Shown: positions 39,241-53,110 of the stretch, in pieces
Numbering within the stretch: position 1 is the stretch's first letter
Layout of the letters: each line of letters opens with the position of its first letter
Source of the DNA: Octopus sinensis
Lineage: Eukaryota
Reading direction: 5' to 3'
DNA: 64,000 nt
Assembly: GCF_006345805.1 (NCBI RefSeq)
Contig: NC_043008.1
Coordinates: 3,286,001-3,350,000, forward strand
Made by a program: the position numbers and the translations under genes
Notes under the pieces: generated by a model
The model's database searches: none
Seen by the model: only the letters and a program-made list of their open reading frames with translations
Told to the model about the DNA's origin: nothing

Positions 39241-39253
39241 CAGACAAACAGAC

Positions 39254-39331
<78 letters not shown>

Positions 39332-39363
39332 AGAGAGGGAGAGAGACAAACAGACAGACAGAC

Positions 39364-39421
<58 letters not shown>

Positions 39422-39453
39422 AGAGAGGGAGAGAGACAAACAGACAGACAGAC

Positions 39454-39542
<89 letters not shown>
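39241..39542. repeat. Higher-order repeat: three units of GA-rich linker + (CAGA)n + (TAGA)n
   Basis: The linker TAAAGAGAGGGAGAGAGACAAACAGACAGAC recurs identically between TAGA runs. Confidence 0.9.
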
Positions 39543-39543
<1 letters not shown>

Positions 39544-40769
39544 CGCCTAATGAAAGATGAACTTACAGTATTTTACTGTTAGGTCGACGTCCACCATAAC
39601 TACTTTGTTTCCATAGCTTCAGAATTCTTTATTAAATTTAGTGAAGAGTATTTCTCCAGTGTATAAGATTGAATGAAGTCTGGATTCTGTTGATTATACG
39701 ATCGCGGAGACTCATATTCGTAGAATGTGATTTGCTTTTCATTGACAATAAAGCCTCCCATGAGATAACAAATGGAATTTTATTTCAATGTTTTATACAT
39801 TCTTTAAATAATCGTTCAGTTTTGTTTATTATTATGAGTATTATGTATCATAAATTTTTTGATATGATATTTTATCTATGCGATTATGAAGACATTGATA
39901 TTCAATTCTTGTGAAATCGGAAACTGTCTTCATTAAATGATGAAATGAAAATACAACATTATTATATATTAAGTTTGGAGAAAACAGAAACGGTATGGAT
40001 GACAGACAGAAATCTTAGCGACTACATTTATGATGACCTGGATAACAAAAGAAAAGTTTATCGACTAAATTTAAGTCGATCAATGTTGTGTCCCCTTGGT
40101 GTTTGAGATTTGCTAAACATTTTCAAAAAAATCTGTCGAATGTTATTATTTTAGGTATATCGAATGCCAAAAAATATATTCAGTCACTTGCCAAGAGTGG
40201 GAATATGTATGACATTGTGCTCATAAGCTCTTGCATTGGGTTTAGAAAACTTGAGACGAAATAATAACTGAGAAGGGCAGTTATTTTCTGGTGGTTTGTT
40301 CTGCCGAGAGTAGACAAAATTATGACGACTCTACGGGGTCGTCATAATTCTTCTAAGAGTCTGCGTGTAAGAGACATGAATAAAGTGAGACAGAATTGAT
40401 TATATGGAGTTGTATATATTGAAACATGACTAAACAGTTATATATTAGAGAGAAAACAGGAGTAGGAAATAGGATAATATATTCCAAAAGTAAATAGCAC
40501 GTCAGACTAAAACGAATTCATTGGATACACTCCCTCCTCCCCCACCACACTCATATCGTTTGGAAAGGAAGTCCTGTCTCATTTTTCATGTGATCAGAGT
40601 ATGTTTTTTTAGATTAGCTTAGCCAAAGCGTTTCAAATCCTATTTTTCTATTTTAAAAAGTGCATATATTAGACCATATAAGACATTTCATTGGAACGAA
40701 ATATTCATTCTGTCTACGAAAATGAAGCTTTAAGTGTCTGGATATTCCTACAATGGCATGCTCGTTTCG

Positions 40770-41245
40770 CTTGCGAAACCTTGCGAAACCAGCGCTAGAC
40801 TTTACCCACTAACAACTGAGCCAAAATGTGGAGGTTCCAACTGTGGAACATGCCCCCATCTTCTGGAGGGTTCAAAATTCAATTCAAACAAGGAGAAATA
40901 TTTAGGATCAAATCAAATTTCCCCTGCGCCTCAGCACATGTAATCTATGTCATGACATGCATAGGATGTGGTAAACTCTATATTGGACAAACAAGAATTT
41001 CGCTCCGTCAAAGAATCACCATTCACAAAGAGCAAATCCATCACCCACAATACAGACAGTTAAAGTTGAGTGAACAGATAGAAACATGTGCCAGGAATCT
41101 TAATCCCAATTTCCAAATATTTCCCTTTTACCAATGTTCACAGAACACCACAATGCAACAAAGGTTGAATAAAGAGGCATTTTTCATCAATAAATTTCTC
41201 CCCCAACTCAATATGAACACACAACTCAATACAGAACACCACTAA
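40770..41245 (+). mobile_element. Penelope-like element GIY-YIG endonuclease (one frameshift)
   Basis: KCGGSNCGTCPHL, then after a shift FRIKSNFPCASAHVIYVMTCIGCGKLYIGQTRISLRQRITIH...RLNKEAFFINKFLPQLN. The GIY-YIG motif with CxxC insertions is typical of PLEs. Confidence 0.88.
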
Positions 41246-41911
41246 CTCTTCAATTGAAACCACAAAACCATATACACTTCCTACACCACTCACATCTCTA
41301 AATCTAGAACTACTTACCTCCCTTACAAATAATCTTTTTTCTCAGGAACTATTAGACCTGACACCGTGTATTAACCGGTGTTGTTCAAACGATCTATCTT
41401 TGCGTAAACTATGGTCCGTTTTGTTCTCTTACTTTATTATCATCTTATAATCATCTCATAATAATGATTTTTATGACTCGTATTACTACCTCAGTCAATC
41501 TAAATGTATATATTTGTCGTTACTTGTCATAAATAGCCTTTTTTTTTATTTGCAATGTGCATTTTCGTTGATTTTTCATATTTTACTCTTACATTTCCAC
41601 GTGTATTTTATATTCTTTGCGTAACATATTTCTACTATATATATATATATATATGTATATATACAAATTATGGGGGGTTAGTTCACAGGTGATCTAAACG
41701 ATTAGGTACACTAGGTAAGTGCTGTAACCGACTGTAGATATATGTATAAATTCCTGTTGATAAATTGGAAAATAACACCCTCTCCGGACTGAGCACCTGT
41801 GCCACAGACACTTAACTACAATCCATTCAGCATTCCATCTCTTACACCTGGTTTCCTTTGGGTTTTTTTCTTTTCGTATATTTACTTATTCTATTGTCTT
41901 GTTTTAGCTTG

Positions 41912-41967
41912 TTATACCTGTGGAGTGAGAGCTGATGTTTGCGTGAAAGCTCCAAACGCGTTATAAA
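41912..41967 (+). ncRNA. Degenerate hammerhead motif in the 3' region of the Penelope-like element
   Basis: TTATAC-CTGTGGAG-..GAGCT-loop-AGCTC-CAAACGCGT-TATAA: stem I TTATA/TATAA, stem II GAGCT/AGCTC, palindromic ACGCGT helix III. The catalytic core is mutated. Confidence 0.45.
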
Positions 41968-42266
41968 ATGCTGCCTGAGGCGCCTTCATGGAATAATAGT
42001 ATTCGTAGCTCCTAAAAATATATATAGTGTTGTTTCGTAGATAATATTTTTTTATCACAAGAAGGAAATAATTTATATTTCCTTTTATTTCAACTCCTAA
42101 ATTATAATCGAAGGATTTCGTAGCATATTTCTTTATGTATGCGTGTTAGAATTATTATATCTGTTGCGTAGATGCATACGCTGAGAATATTTCTATGTAT
42201 TTTTCCCTGAATTCTCAACAATTTCCTAGGATTTTAGTACATTAAAACTCAAATATAGAAGTACTA

Positions 42267-42325
<59 letters not shown>

Positions 42326-45300
42326 TGCACTTCTATATTTGTGATATATGAAGAAAGCATACCTGTCGACATAAAAATACCAAAATTCCAAGACTTGAGA
42401 ATTCAGGTAAAAATACATAGGAAGAGTCTCAGCTTATATCTGCACAACAGGTATAACTCTAGCACACATACATTAACAAATAAACCGATAAATCCTTCGA
42501 TCATAATTTACACGTGTCACTCCTTGACTAAACTTGTACTACTTAGAAATAATGAATATTGAAGATGTGAAAATCTGTAAATGTAATCACGGGTAAATTT
42601 ATTGAAGCTTAAAAAACACTTTCTCTGATTTAAAATTGAATATGTTAACCCACAATTGTAAAATATCTCGAAGATTCAATATAAAATATTTTTTACGGAG
42701 AATAATTTACGTCCTTAAATGGTTTTATACATTTGCTAGCAACATGGCCGTCGTTGTTACAACGAAGCCAATATAATCAATCCTTTATCAAAGAACGGAT
42801 ACCTAGTAAAGAATTGTTTTGAATTAACTTGGTAACGAATAAAATCATTGTGGCAGACGATTTCCAAACAAATATAAATAAATGAATGAGGAATAATAAA
42901 TTAAAAAGTAACCGACATTTACTCCGATATCTGCAATGTTCTGTTGATTTATTTCCGTCTGTTCACACTCTTAATATGGTAACAGGTCTTAAGGAGAACC
43001 AGAAATATAAAAAAACATAAAGCAAGTGTGTGGCTTCTAGTTTACCATACACATTACCTTGAGTTCGTAGCTCTCGGTGATTTTATTTATGTATATCATT
43101 CGGACAGGTGGGATTTTTCCTAGAAAAATTAGCTTTGCGTTTATTATGCTGGTGGTTTTTTAATTTTTTTTCTTTTTTCTGGAAAATATTCATGTCGGCA
43201 GCAAGTACACACGACAGAAAGTTACTATATGAATGAGAAATGAACAATAACTTATTTATTATTTCTGACTGTGGATTATGGATCGGCAAAATGTAGTTTG
43301 TGCTATTTTAATGAAAAAGAATGCTCTACAACAGCGGAATGGAAATCACTTGCAGACTCAGTAACAATCATGCCTAATACATGGATGAAACGGACAATAT
43401 ATTACTAAAGTGGATAAAGTGTTTAGTAGTGAAATAATGGAGAGTTATATTGTTAGTGCATGACGTCTCTTTCGATAGTGTCATGTCCTGATGTTGTGTC
43501 ATCAATGGATTTTCAAATGTTTGAGTCACAGCCAATAGCTGCGACGATTGTGTGGGCATCGAGGTGAGTGAAGAGGAATTAAATCCTGTACTCGAGAAGC
43601 AGATTAGTGAGCTGGTATCAACGAAGAACAGACTTTGGTAATCTAGTTACTGGATACTTTCACTTTAAACATGATTGAAGAACTTTCAACTTCTAAGGTC
43701 CAGATACTTCTATTCCTAAAGAAATGGTATTTCTCCTAAAACATTATTGTTGTTCTTCCCTGCTAGAACCCTAATTGGCTGACTTTATATAAACAACCTG
43801 TCAAATACAAACATCCAGAAAAGACATACACCGCCAAAACCTTAATGAACAGGCTAACATCATTATCAAAGATAAAACGATACATATACCTGAATCCCCC
43901 GTTTCATCATAGGAGAGTAACCTTTTCATAAATAAAGCTCTTAATACCTCTGCACTTTAAAATAAAAAACTACAAAATAGAGCCAGGCTGTAATATTCCT
44001 GAAGCTTCTTGTAGTATATAGGAATGCATGATCTTATGTTTAATGACAATTCTTCTAGATTTCACCCATGAACAGCAGATGAACATTAAAGCGTCAACAG
44101 TATAGACGACAAGTGATCGTCGATATGGTGTAACAAGTTATTATTTGTCTGAAAGATTTACCAACATATTTCAAAACAAACTTTCCCAGCTAGAAACGAT
44201 ACCAATAAATAAAATAACAGAATTTTAGTTTTAGGTCTTCCATGAGGCTTAAAACACATATAAGCTGCAAAGAACACAACGCATCCTTTGAATGGGACGC
44301 CGGTCCGTCGCAGGTTTCACTTACCGGATATTGACGGAATGCATTCGCTGAGTGAACCGAAGCAACCACGAATGAAGGTTTTTGCTGAAGGACACTTCGC
44401 ACCGAAACCGCGATCTTACGATCATGAGGGCAACACCTTAATTGCTGACTACGCTCTTTCACGAGACAGGAGGGAAGATTTTTTTTACAAAATAATGAGT
44501 AAATGATTATAAGAATAATATACGAGAGGAAATGTTTTGATGTTATCCCAGCAACTACATCAACTCGTTTCAAGGAGCTACAGGCACCAACCAAGATAAA
44601 GGCAAACATCCTCAGCTAGGTGTAACCATAAGCTGAAAAATAGAATTTTATTCCTTTGAAGAGACAATTTCTCAGTTTATATTGATACGAAATGTGATGT
44701 GACAGAGGCTAAGTCTTGAAAAGCAAACCATCAAAATACCTAAAAGAGAAATTTGATAGGCAGTATAGAGATATAGTATTTAAACTTTTAAAATCTCCAT
44801 TATATCTTCCATAACATGCAGTTTCTTCCACAGCTGCAAATTGAAAATATTACGTTGAACGTGAAAGGATTGTTTGCCAGAGAACTTATATCAGTATATC
44901 TTTGTCTCAATACAAACAACTCAATCTCTGCAAATGACACCATTTCAGAAGAACACATTGAAAGTACTTTATTTGAGCATATTTTAACGACGCTGATAAA
45001 GATGAAATATAGAATCGATTAAGGCGTTTTTTGAAAGTAGAATACTGTTGCAAGGTGGCAGATTCGATAAAATAACTCCAAATGAAACACTGTGTCAATG
45101 CAATGGGCTTACGCCACCACTTAGAGAAATATTGGCCTTGTGCCAAATCTTGCAATCATTACAGAAGATGGCAAACAGTGGGACCAAACTCGGGACCTCA
45201 TGTTTGCGAAGCGAACTTCTTAATCATTTATTAAGTGCGTTCTCATTTATGTATACATATATCCACGTATACCTGCATACATAGAAATGTATGTCATTAT

Positions 45301-48300
45301 GAGAGCATGCATTATGTTGTATTCCAAATTCAGTAGCTGTAGAGGGTGAGCTATTGTAAAGTTTTATAGTATGAACCTTCTTGAAAGTATAATCGGAAAT
45401 GAGGATTACAAGACGCTCGTACGCCTGTCAGCCTAACGAAGAATAAACCACATTTAACTCTAACAGCAGCAACAATTAGCCATTGGTATAAGATCTTATC
45501 ACATCACCTATTGTACACGGCATTCTCAGGAAATTATGAGGCTTCTATAAATACTCAGATTCGGTTTCCCTGACACTTAAAATATTCTGTGGTTATTGTA
45601 CCGCTTTTAAAAATCGTTCATACAACCTATGCACTCCATTCAAATATTGATTTACGATTCATTAAAGTAATCTTTTACGAGGGATTTAATTGTCGTAATG
45701 TATTCTACGTTTCCACTTTTATTCGGATGTAGATACTGACACTGTTTTGATATTTCATTAGGAACGGTCCTTTAATCTAAGAGAGTACATAGCAGTTTAG
45801 GCATTTTCACAATGCTTTAAGTAAAATAAATTGGATATTTTATCTTGCAATACAAATATACTTCATTGAAATTAGAGAAGATAAATACCATTTGTCTATA
45901 CTAAGCATAATGTGTACAGCTAATGGCCAAAGTCGTACATAATCAACGAAAAACAAAATGTCAGGATCAAGACACGCTGAAGGCAGCTGAGATGTGAAAT
46001 GGCTTTAAAGATGCTGTGATAAATTAAGAGTTATTCTTGATAATAAATGACAATTCAAACGGAAATCGCTGACGAAAACAAGATGGGAAAAAACGATTAA
46101 AAATGTTTATTGAGTCGATATTTGAAAATAAGAATTACGAGAAGACAATATGCCTTAAGAGGAAATTAGACGATCAATAGAATTTGGATGGTTGTGTTGT
46201 TCATTAGGGCGGAAGACATCCGTATTGCTACTTAAGTTATGATCAACTCTCACATAATTAAATTCTTGGCAACACATCAGCTCAACCTAACGCAGAATAA
46301 ACCACACTTAACTCCAACAGCATCAACAATTAGTCATTTATATAAGATTTTATCGCATCACCAATTCACCGCAAGCTATTATTTCGGTTACTCTGCTCTT
46401 TTTTTCTTTCAGTATAAGAAAGCTTTACGTGTGACCTTTCGTTTTATTGATAATACAATTTTTCAACACATTAAAACCCGTTAATTGCCCACAACTTGGT
46501 CTACCATTTCTTTTTAAATGACTAAAGAATAAAAGAAACAGACTATTCGAATTACTACAGTTATTACGATAAATGCTAGGCACCCAAATGTTTTTATTGC
46601 CTTTTCTTTTGTTATTAGTTGCAATCGTTGTTATTTAAAGTAGCTTCAACTGGAATGAAAGAACCGACACTCATTGAAACCTTCGTGATTGACTTTTAAA
46701 CCAATTTTCTTTGATTACAATCAATAAATCTAAACGAATTTGTCACTTCTTTACACTAATTCGTTTCTCCCATTTTTTTACTGAGTATATATCAATTATT
46801 ATTTTTTGTTTTTCTAACTTCAATTTGTATCCAAAATCCTAGTCTCAGAGTCGGAACAGGACCAGATTCTTCAGGAATATGAGAAAGCCAGACAAAAAGA
46901 AAGAGAAAGAGGAGAATGAACCCCATTACCCAGCTGATATTTTATTCATTAACCCTAAAAGACAAATTACAAGATGATCTTCAGTGGATTTCAACTCAGA
47001 GTGCAAGTGCGGGGAACTGGACGATCACCACAAAGTATTCTATTATATTAAAAGCTGTGATGACTCTAATAAGCGGCCACAAAAGGTATCACTAACCTGA
47101 AATAAAAGGTGTTGCGTCAAATGATCGATTATATTTGATCACAGATCTGGTCGACGAATATTGATCTCGGGAGAGGGGGCGTAAATTTAATAACATCACG
47201 ATGATTTTCAAAACGTCAACCATCACTCTCCACCACCTATGACTGTTTTATGCAACCATCTAATGTATACGAACGCATTATATTAAATATCTAAATATTA
47301 AGTTAACGTAGCTGTTTGGGGTTATTTTTTATGTTGATAGCAGATATTTATGGTTGTACATTCTCTTGATAGTTCTTTTACCAATACATCGGCGGGTGTC
47401 GTAAAAATCGTCCTTCATACAGCAGGGTTGATAAGCCAGAAACATGTTTGGACTTTTCTCCCATACTTGGAGAAAGAATAAAGCAATATGGTTCTTTAAA
47501 TTATTGAAAAAGCCCAAACACGCATCAACCTTCAATTATACCATTGATGATGTGCCCGTCTCTATATATCAGGAGGTTATATATGAACAAACTCATTGAC
47601 TGGCATGATTTTTTTACTTTTTTTCTAACGTTGTAGTATCACAACATTTGAGGTTAACTGTAGTATTTGAGGTTAACTGTTTTCATTATTCATGTAATAA
47701 ATACTTTATCACCATCAGACTTATAGCTTCTTTCTTTGTTCTTGTGGATGATATCAAAGAGTAATTTATTCTGCGAACATTTCCAATGTATATGAATGTT
47801 TGCTGGTTTCTTTTAAAATAAATTTATCACGGCCTTACTGAAGCAGAACATCCGGTTTCCGCAAGCAGTTTCATATAAAACATCGTGAATATACATTGAG
47901 TACACTACTGCTGACCTCCGCACCATTCCTCATTACGAGTACCCATAATGAGAGGTATTTGAGCCGTGAGCATCCTTCCTTTTTAATGGTTAGCTATAAA
48001 ATGTACGTTACCTAGTGTCGTACACTTTTTGAGTTCGGGGTAGTGTAATATGAGGGAGATTAGGTTTCTATTTCTAGCAAGTGAAGCAACTAATGGCTCT
48101 GTATGTCACTCACTGATAACTAAGATGTTCCCTTCTGTTGAGTAAGATTAAGACGCATATACTTACGATATACGATCGGCTAAAATACTGAAAACCTCCC
48201 CATCTCTGTAGTATTTGAGGTTACCTGTTGCGTTGAAAATTTATTCCGAATACGATGACTACGAAGATGTCATATTGCTATGGAGAGCGGTGATTAATTT

Positions 48301-50117
48301 GGTGGGATTGTTGGTAAGAATGTTAGTGAAGCATATACATATTTGTGTGTGTATATATGCCTGCAAGTAAATGTGACTATGCGTTTATGTGCAGCTTATA
48401 TTTATGAGCTTTGTGTGTTTTCATTTTGAAAACTTACATTTCTAGTGTAATGCCTTTTCTTATTCGTTTACCAATGTCATTCGTGATATCTATATATTGA
48501 ATGGAATTTTTATGTATAATATTAGACTCCGTCATCCCAGTACACGAGGATATGTTTGGTCTCATGTGGGAATAATTTGGTATGATATGTGTATGGTTTC
48601 TTCGCTTGTCAGAATATTTCTTGAATTATTGCTATACTGTTTGAATGATGATAAGTTTTTTTAGACCCGTGATTTTTTAATGCCTTAAGTGTTGTTCTGA
48701 AGAATTTTTTTTAGATATTTTTGAGCCATGTTTCCAGAATTTATGATGTGACATGTTTATGTCTAAATGTATTCTCCGCATAGCTATGGGAATTTCAGGT
48801 GTGTTATTGGTCCTTTCGGTTTTTAACGATTTTGTTGTTGCACTCAATATCTTTATTCTCGTAAAGTGTAATTTCTGAGTATTTTTTTAAACGTTTTTTC
48901 TGCTGAAAAGTTTTTGTGTATTCTGAAGACAATACGAAGCACTTAACGTTGCTGCGGTGTTAAGGCCCTCTTTCTCTAAAGTTGTTTTACGGATCTTTCA
49001 TTGAATCTGTGTACATTACCACGCAGAAACAATTCTATGCATCGTTCCAAGAATTGTCTAGCTATCTCTTGCTCCTCTTTGTTTCTGCCGAATTTTATTC
49101 TCTGATAGAATATTCTGTATATTCAGTTATTTTGAAGACACTGTTGCAATAAGATATAACTGCAGATTCTTGAAAGTCAAGCAACGCATACAGCCTTCCG
49201 CACAAATTAAAATAATGTACAAACGAAATAGGTGGCATCATACAACTATAATTCTATACCCATAGAAATTTACTTCGTGAACGTATCAGCTCCTCCTCGG
49301 CAGACCTAGTCATTGCAACCATTTTGAAAATAACTTCACAAACCGCATTTTGATTAACATTAAACACAGTGATGAGTGTTGAAGCAAAAACACTTTTATT
49401 TATTACAAAACGGACTGTGATCCTCGAAGAAATAGAACCAGGGTTTCCAGACTTCAATAAAAACAGTCACTAATATAAACACTGCATTACAAACATTCGA
49501 CAAAATATGATAGACGCATCTAAAAGAGTAAATGCCATAACGCGACGTAAAAATAATCCCCCAGTTACACACCAGAAATAGTGAAACTAATAAACCCTTC
49601 GGATAGCATCAAACAAATCAGAACAAAATCGCACACATCTAAAATAAACATCAGCTTCAAAGAACTAAACAAATAAAACTTACAAGGACGGGAAACACAG
49701 AATCATATGCATTTAATGTAAAACACAAAGCTAAAAGCAAGACTCTATAAAGCATTATTTACAGGATTAACAACCATAAAAACAATGTCCGCACCAAAGC
49801 GCATAACTCCACAAGAATCTCAAAACCTACGAACGTTATTCAGTTTAATGAACACCTATCTCACCCAACAAAACTTCTCAAAGAAAACAAATGAAAATCA
49901 AACAACTCAACTGAGTAAATATCTAATAGATTCTTTCAATTTTACAACCAGAAGTCAAAGGAGAATCTAAAATGAGAAGACATTTGTGCCATACATAAAT
50001 ATTCATCTGAACGACTTAAGGTGAGAGGAAAGGATTGCAATGGCCATCATCTAAAACTAATCACTCCAGCATTGGCAAATTCCTAGATATTGACCCTGCG
50101 ATGCATGATACTATAGT

Positions 50118-50745
50118 GGCAGAGAAAATAGAATACTCCCACACTGCTATAGAGAAGCATCTTCACTCGATGGGAAAGGTTCAGAAGCAAGGAGCATGGG
50201 TTCCGCATGCTTTAAGTGACAACAACAAAAATCAAGGAACCACAATCTCCGCTGGTTTGCTTGCTCGTCACCGCTCAACTCATGGACACAAGCAACGATT
50301 TCTTTACCGAATCGTTATTGGCGACGGAAAATGGTGTATGTACATCAATATGAAGCAGCTTAAGGAATGGCTTAGCCCCGGTAAACAAGCGACACCGCGC
50401 GTGAAACAAGATCTTCATCCGCGTAAAACGATGTGTGAATGGTGGGATTGGGAAGGGATTATCCATTCTTAATAGCTTAAACGGAACCAAACGGTAAACA
50501 CGAAACTCTATGTTCAACAGATGGAACGTCTCAACACGGCTATTCAACAGAAAAGACCTAATCGGCGGCATGGAGTTCTTCTGCACGACAACGCCCGCTC
50601 TCAAATCGCTAATATGAGCAAGGAAGCCATTGAAACGCATGGTTGGGAAGTGCTGCCACACCCGCCCTACTCTCCTGATTTGACACCAGCGTATTTGCAT
50701 TTGCTTCGATCTCTTTCAAATGCTACGCGCGGAGTTTCGTTCAAT
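50118..50745 (+). mobile_element. Mariner transposase fragment, same family as 29500-30712
   Basis: High nucleotide similarity by eye to 29955-30580; WVPHAL, IVIGDGKW, HDNARSQ, YSPDLTP; contains stops. Confidence 0.92.
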
Positions 50746-51093
50746 TTTATATACTAACTACCACGGCCTAAAGTGCGAGAGTGCTTTTCGTCGATTTACC
50801 TCTGCAAATGACTGACACTTTGATTTGAACCCACAAACAGTGGCCACCAAGCCCAATACGTTGGGGAATGCAATACGTGAATAACTTTAAACGTTCTGAT
50901 AGCTGCGAGACATTCTTATAGTTATTTTGCTATTATGTCTGTCTGTCTGTCTGCACTCTTAGTTTCAATCCAACCGAGGTCGAAATTGATTTCTACCGTT
51001 TCGGGTAAACAAATAAAATGTCTTATATTGCTGTCGATTCATCTTTTTCCGTTGTTGTCCGCGTCTGTTACCATTTCTCCATCCTCTCCTCCT

Positions 51094-51138
<45 letters not shown>

Positions 51139-52972
51139 GTGACATCTGGAGGGGTATGGTAGATGCAACAACAACAAAAGTTAGCATTTATTTCAATTAT
51201 CCTCAAATTCCTGAAGATCTTATCTCGTGAAAGTCTGAGAAGTCAAACATTGAACTGATGCATGTTCTTTTGTTTAGTTTCCCTGCTTCGTAGAAATCGG
51301 TTGCATATCTTCAAATGAGGCTTTACTTTCTTAAACAACAAATAAGGACGCATTCAGATCATGATACAATTACTCTGAAACCAGAATTGCTGGAGTACTT
51401 TTGATGGTATAATCTGATTGATAAGGACGTCCTTGATATAAATAACAAGGAAAACAGCATTTAAACGTGAAACATTTGGAATAAAGCGATAGTTTACCGA
51501 TATGACGATGCTAATAGAGCAATCTGTGATAGGAATTCTCATCGTATCTAATAAAATACAAATCTTCTATGCAATACAAATGCATTACTCATAGGCTAGG
51601 CATAAAGTTAGCCAATGATAGTAATCAAAAATAATTGAGATAAATATTTTAAATAATGGAACCACATTTTAGCATGGAAAACTATTTCCATTAAAAGTGT
51701 GAGAAATGTCATTTTCTAAAGCAAACTACATTTATAAATATTTGACTATCGCTTCCAAATGCTATTCTTGTACAAAGTCTGTGATGTAAAACAAACATTT
51801 GTGTGTTTCTAAAATTAGCAAGATATGACTAGTGTTGGTGTTGTAGATCATCGTCCTTTAGTACAAAATAGATTAGTTCGTTCTTCACATTTGGATATAA
51901 TATTTACATTGATCGCCTGAACTTAACACGATTATATCTATATCGCAGACCGATCATTCGCTAGTCATCGCTCAAATTATCAGATATTAGCAGGATGGTT
52001 TCGAAATCTCATTTCTCAACGTATTTCTGAATGTCGGCTGAAATTGAATTAACGGAAACTTCCACAGTGTTACTCCTAAACAGAGTGTAATTGTATAAAT
52101 TTACACCATAAGAACCGGGTTTTCGTTATTTTAAAGCACTGTATAGTAAGACAGGTTCGGGGCTGTAAGCCGTAAAACCAAAACTGATTGCCAAAATAGC
52201 GAAAGCATAGCAAATAGGTTGGTTCAAATATTTGAGCAAAGAAACAGAGGTGTTCAAGTTGCTTTTCAAAGGATCTATAAACTAAGGTACGCTAATAATT
52301 TCCTTATGTATAAGTACTCTGTCACTTAAACTTAGACACTTTCTTTAACGAATATTTGCTGCAGTGATTGATATATATATATATATATATATACGCTTGT
52401 GAGAAGTCATGATAGTACATGTAGTACATGTAGCGTATCTAAATTTCAGCGCTAGAGAGTTTACACCTGTAAGAATTGAACAAAATATCCAATGATACGC
52501 TTATGGAAAATTAGTTTAACGCAGGAATAAAACGAAGGTTTTATTGAGATACGAACAGAGCCTTCAGCCCAACGACAGATGAGACAATGCTTCGCTGATT
52601 AGCTGAAGAACATTTAAAGTAAAATTATTGCCGTAGATTTTGTTTGGAGTAGTTTCTGATGTAAGCTCATATATTTTTGTTCAGTTTTATACACGTTATA
52701 CGAGTATTTTAGTTCGCCTTTCAATCATGGTTTTCCGAATGGTAACCAAAAATCTAAAACTTTGAAGTTGTTCAGCAAATATATGGTATTTTATTTTAAC
52801 ACATATTCAATTTAGACTCATTTTCTAATAAAAATGAAAAACAAAAACCTACTAAACTGAAAATCGCTGCGGAAAATACCTGAGAAAGTATTTGTGCAGA
52901 GAACCAAATATAGGAACTAGATAAATGCAATTCATAATGTATTGAGAAAGGAATCTATATTAACTAATGACT

Positions 52973-53110
52973 ATGGCGGTGAGCGAGCAGAATCGATAAC
53001 ACACCGGCAAAATACTTATCGGTATTCCGTCCGCCTTCACGTTATGAGTTTAAATGCTGCCATGGTCGACTTTACCTCCTATCCCTTCAAAGTCAATAAA
53101 ATAAATAGCA
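52973..53110 (+). mobile_element. tRNA-derived SINE, family A (3' truncated)
   Basis: GGCGGTGAGCGAGCAGAATCGATAACAC...GAGTTTAAATGCTGCCATGGTCGACTTTACC. Confidence 0.7.

Noticed and set aside
43830-43930. KRYIYLNPPF resembling the Penelope IIWFNPP motif
   Set aside because: A single short motif with no supporting flanks.
48480-49150. RNase H-like motifs on the minus strand (MYTDS, TNNTPEI, HSNSIAII)
   Set aside because: Spacing between the putative catalytic residues is too long and the frames are inconsistent.
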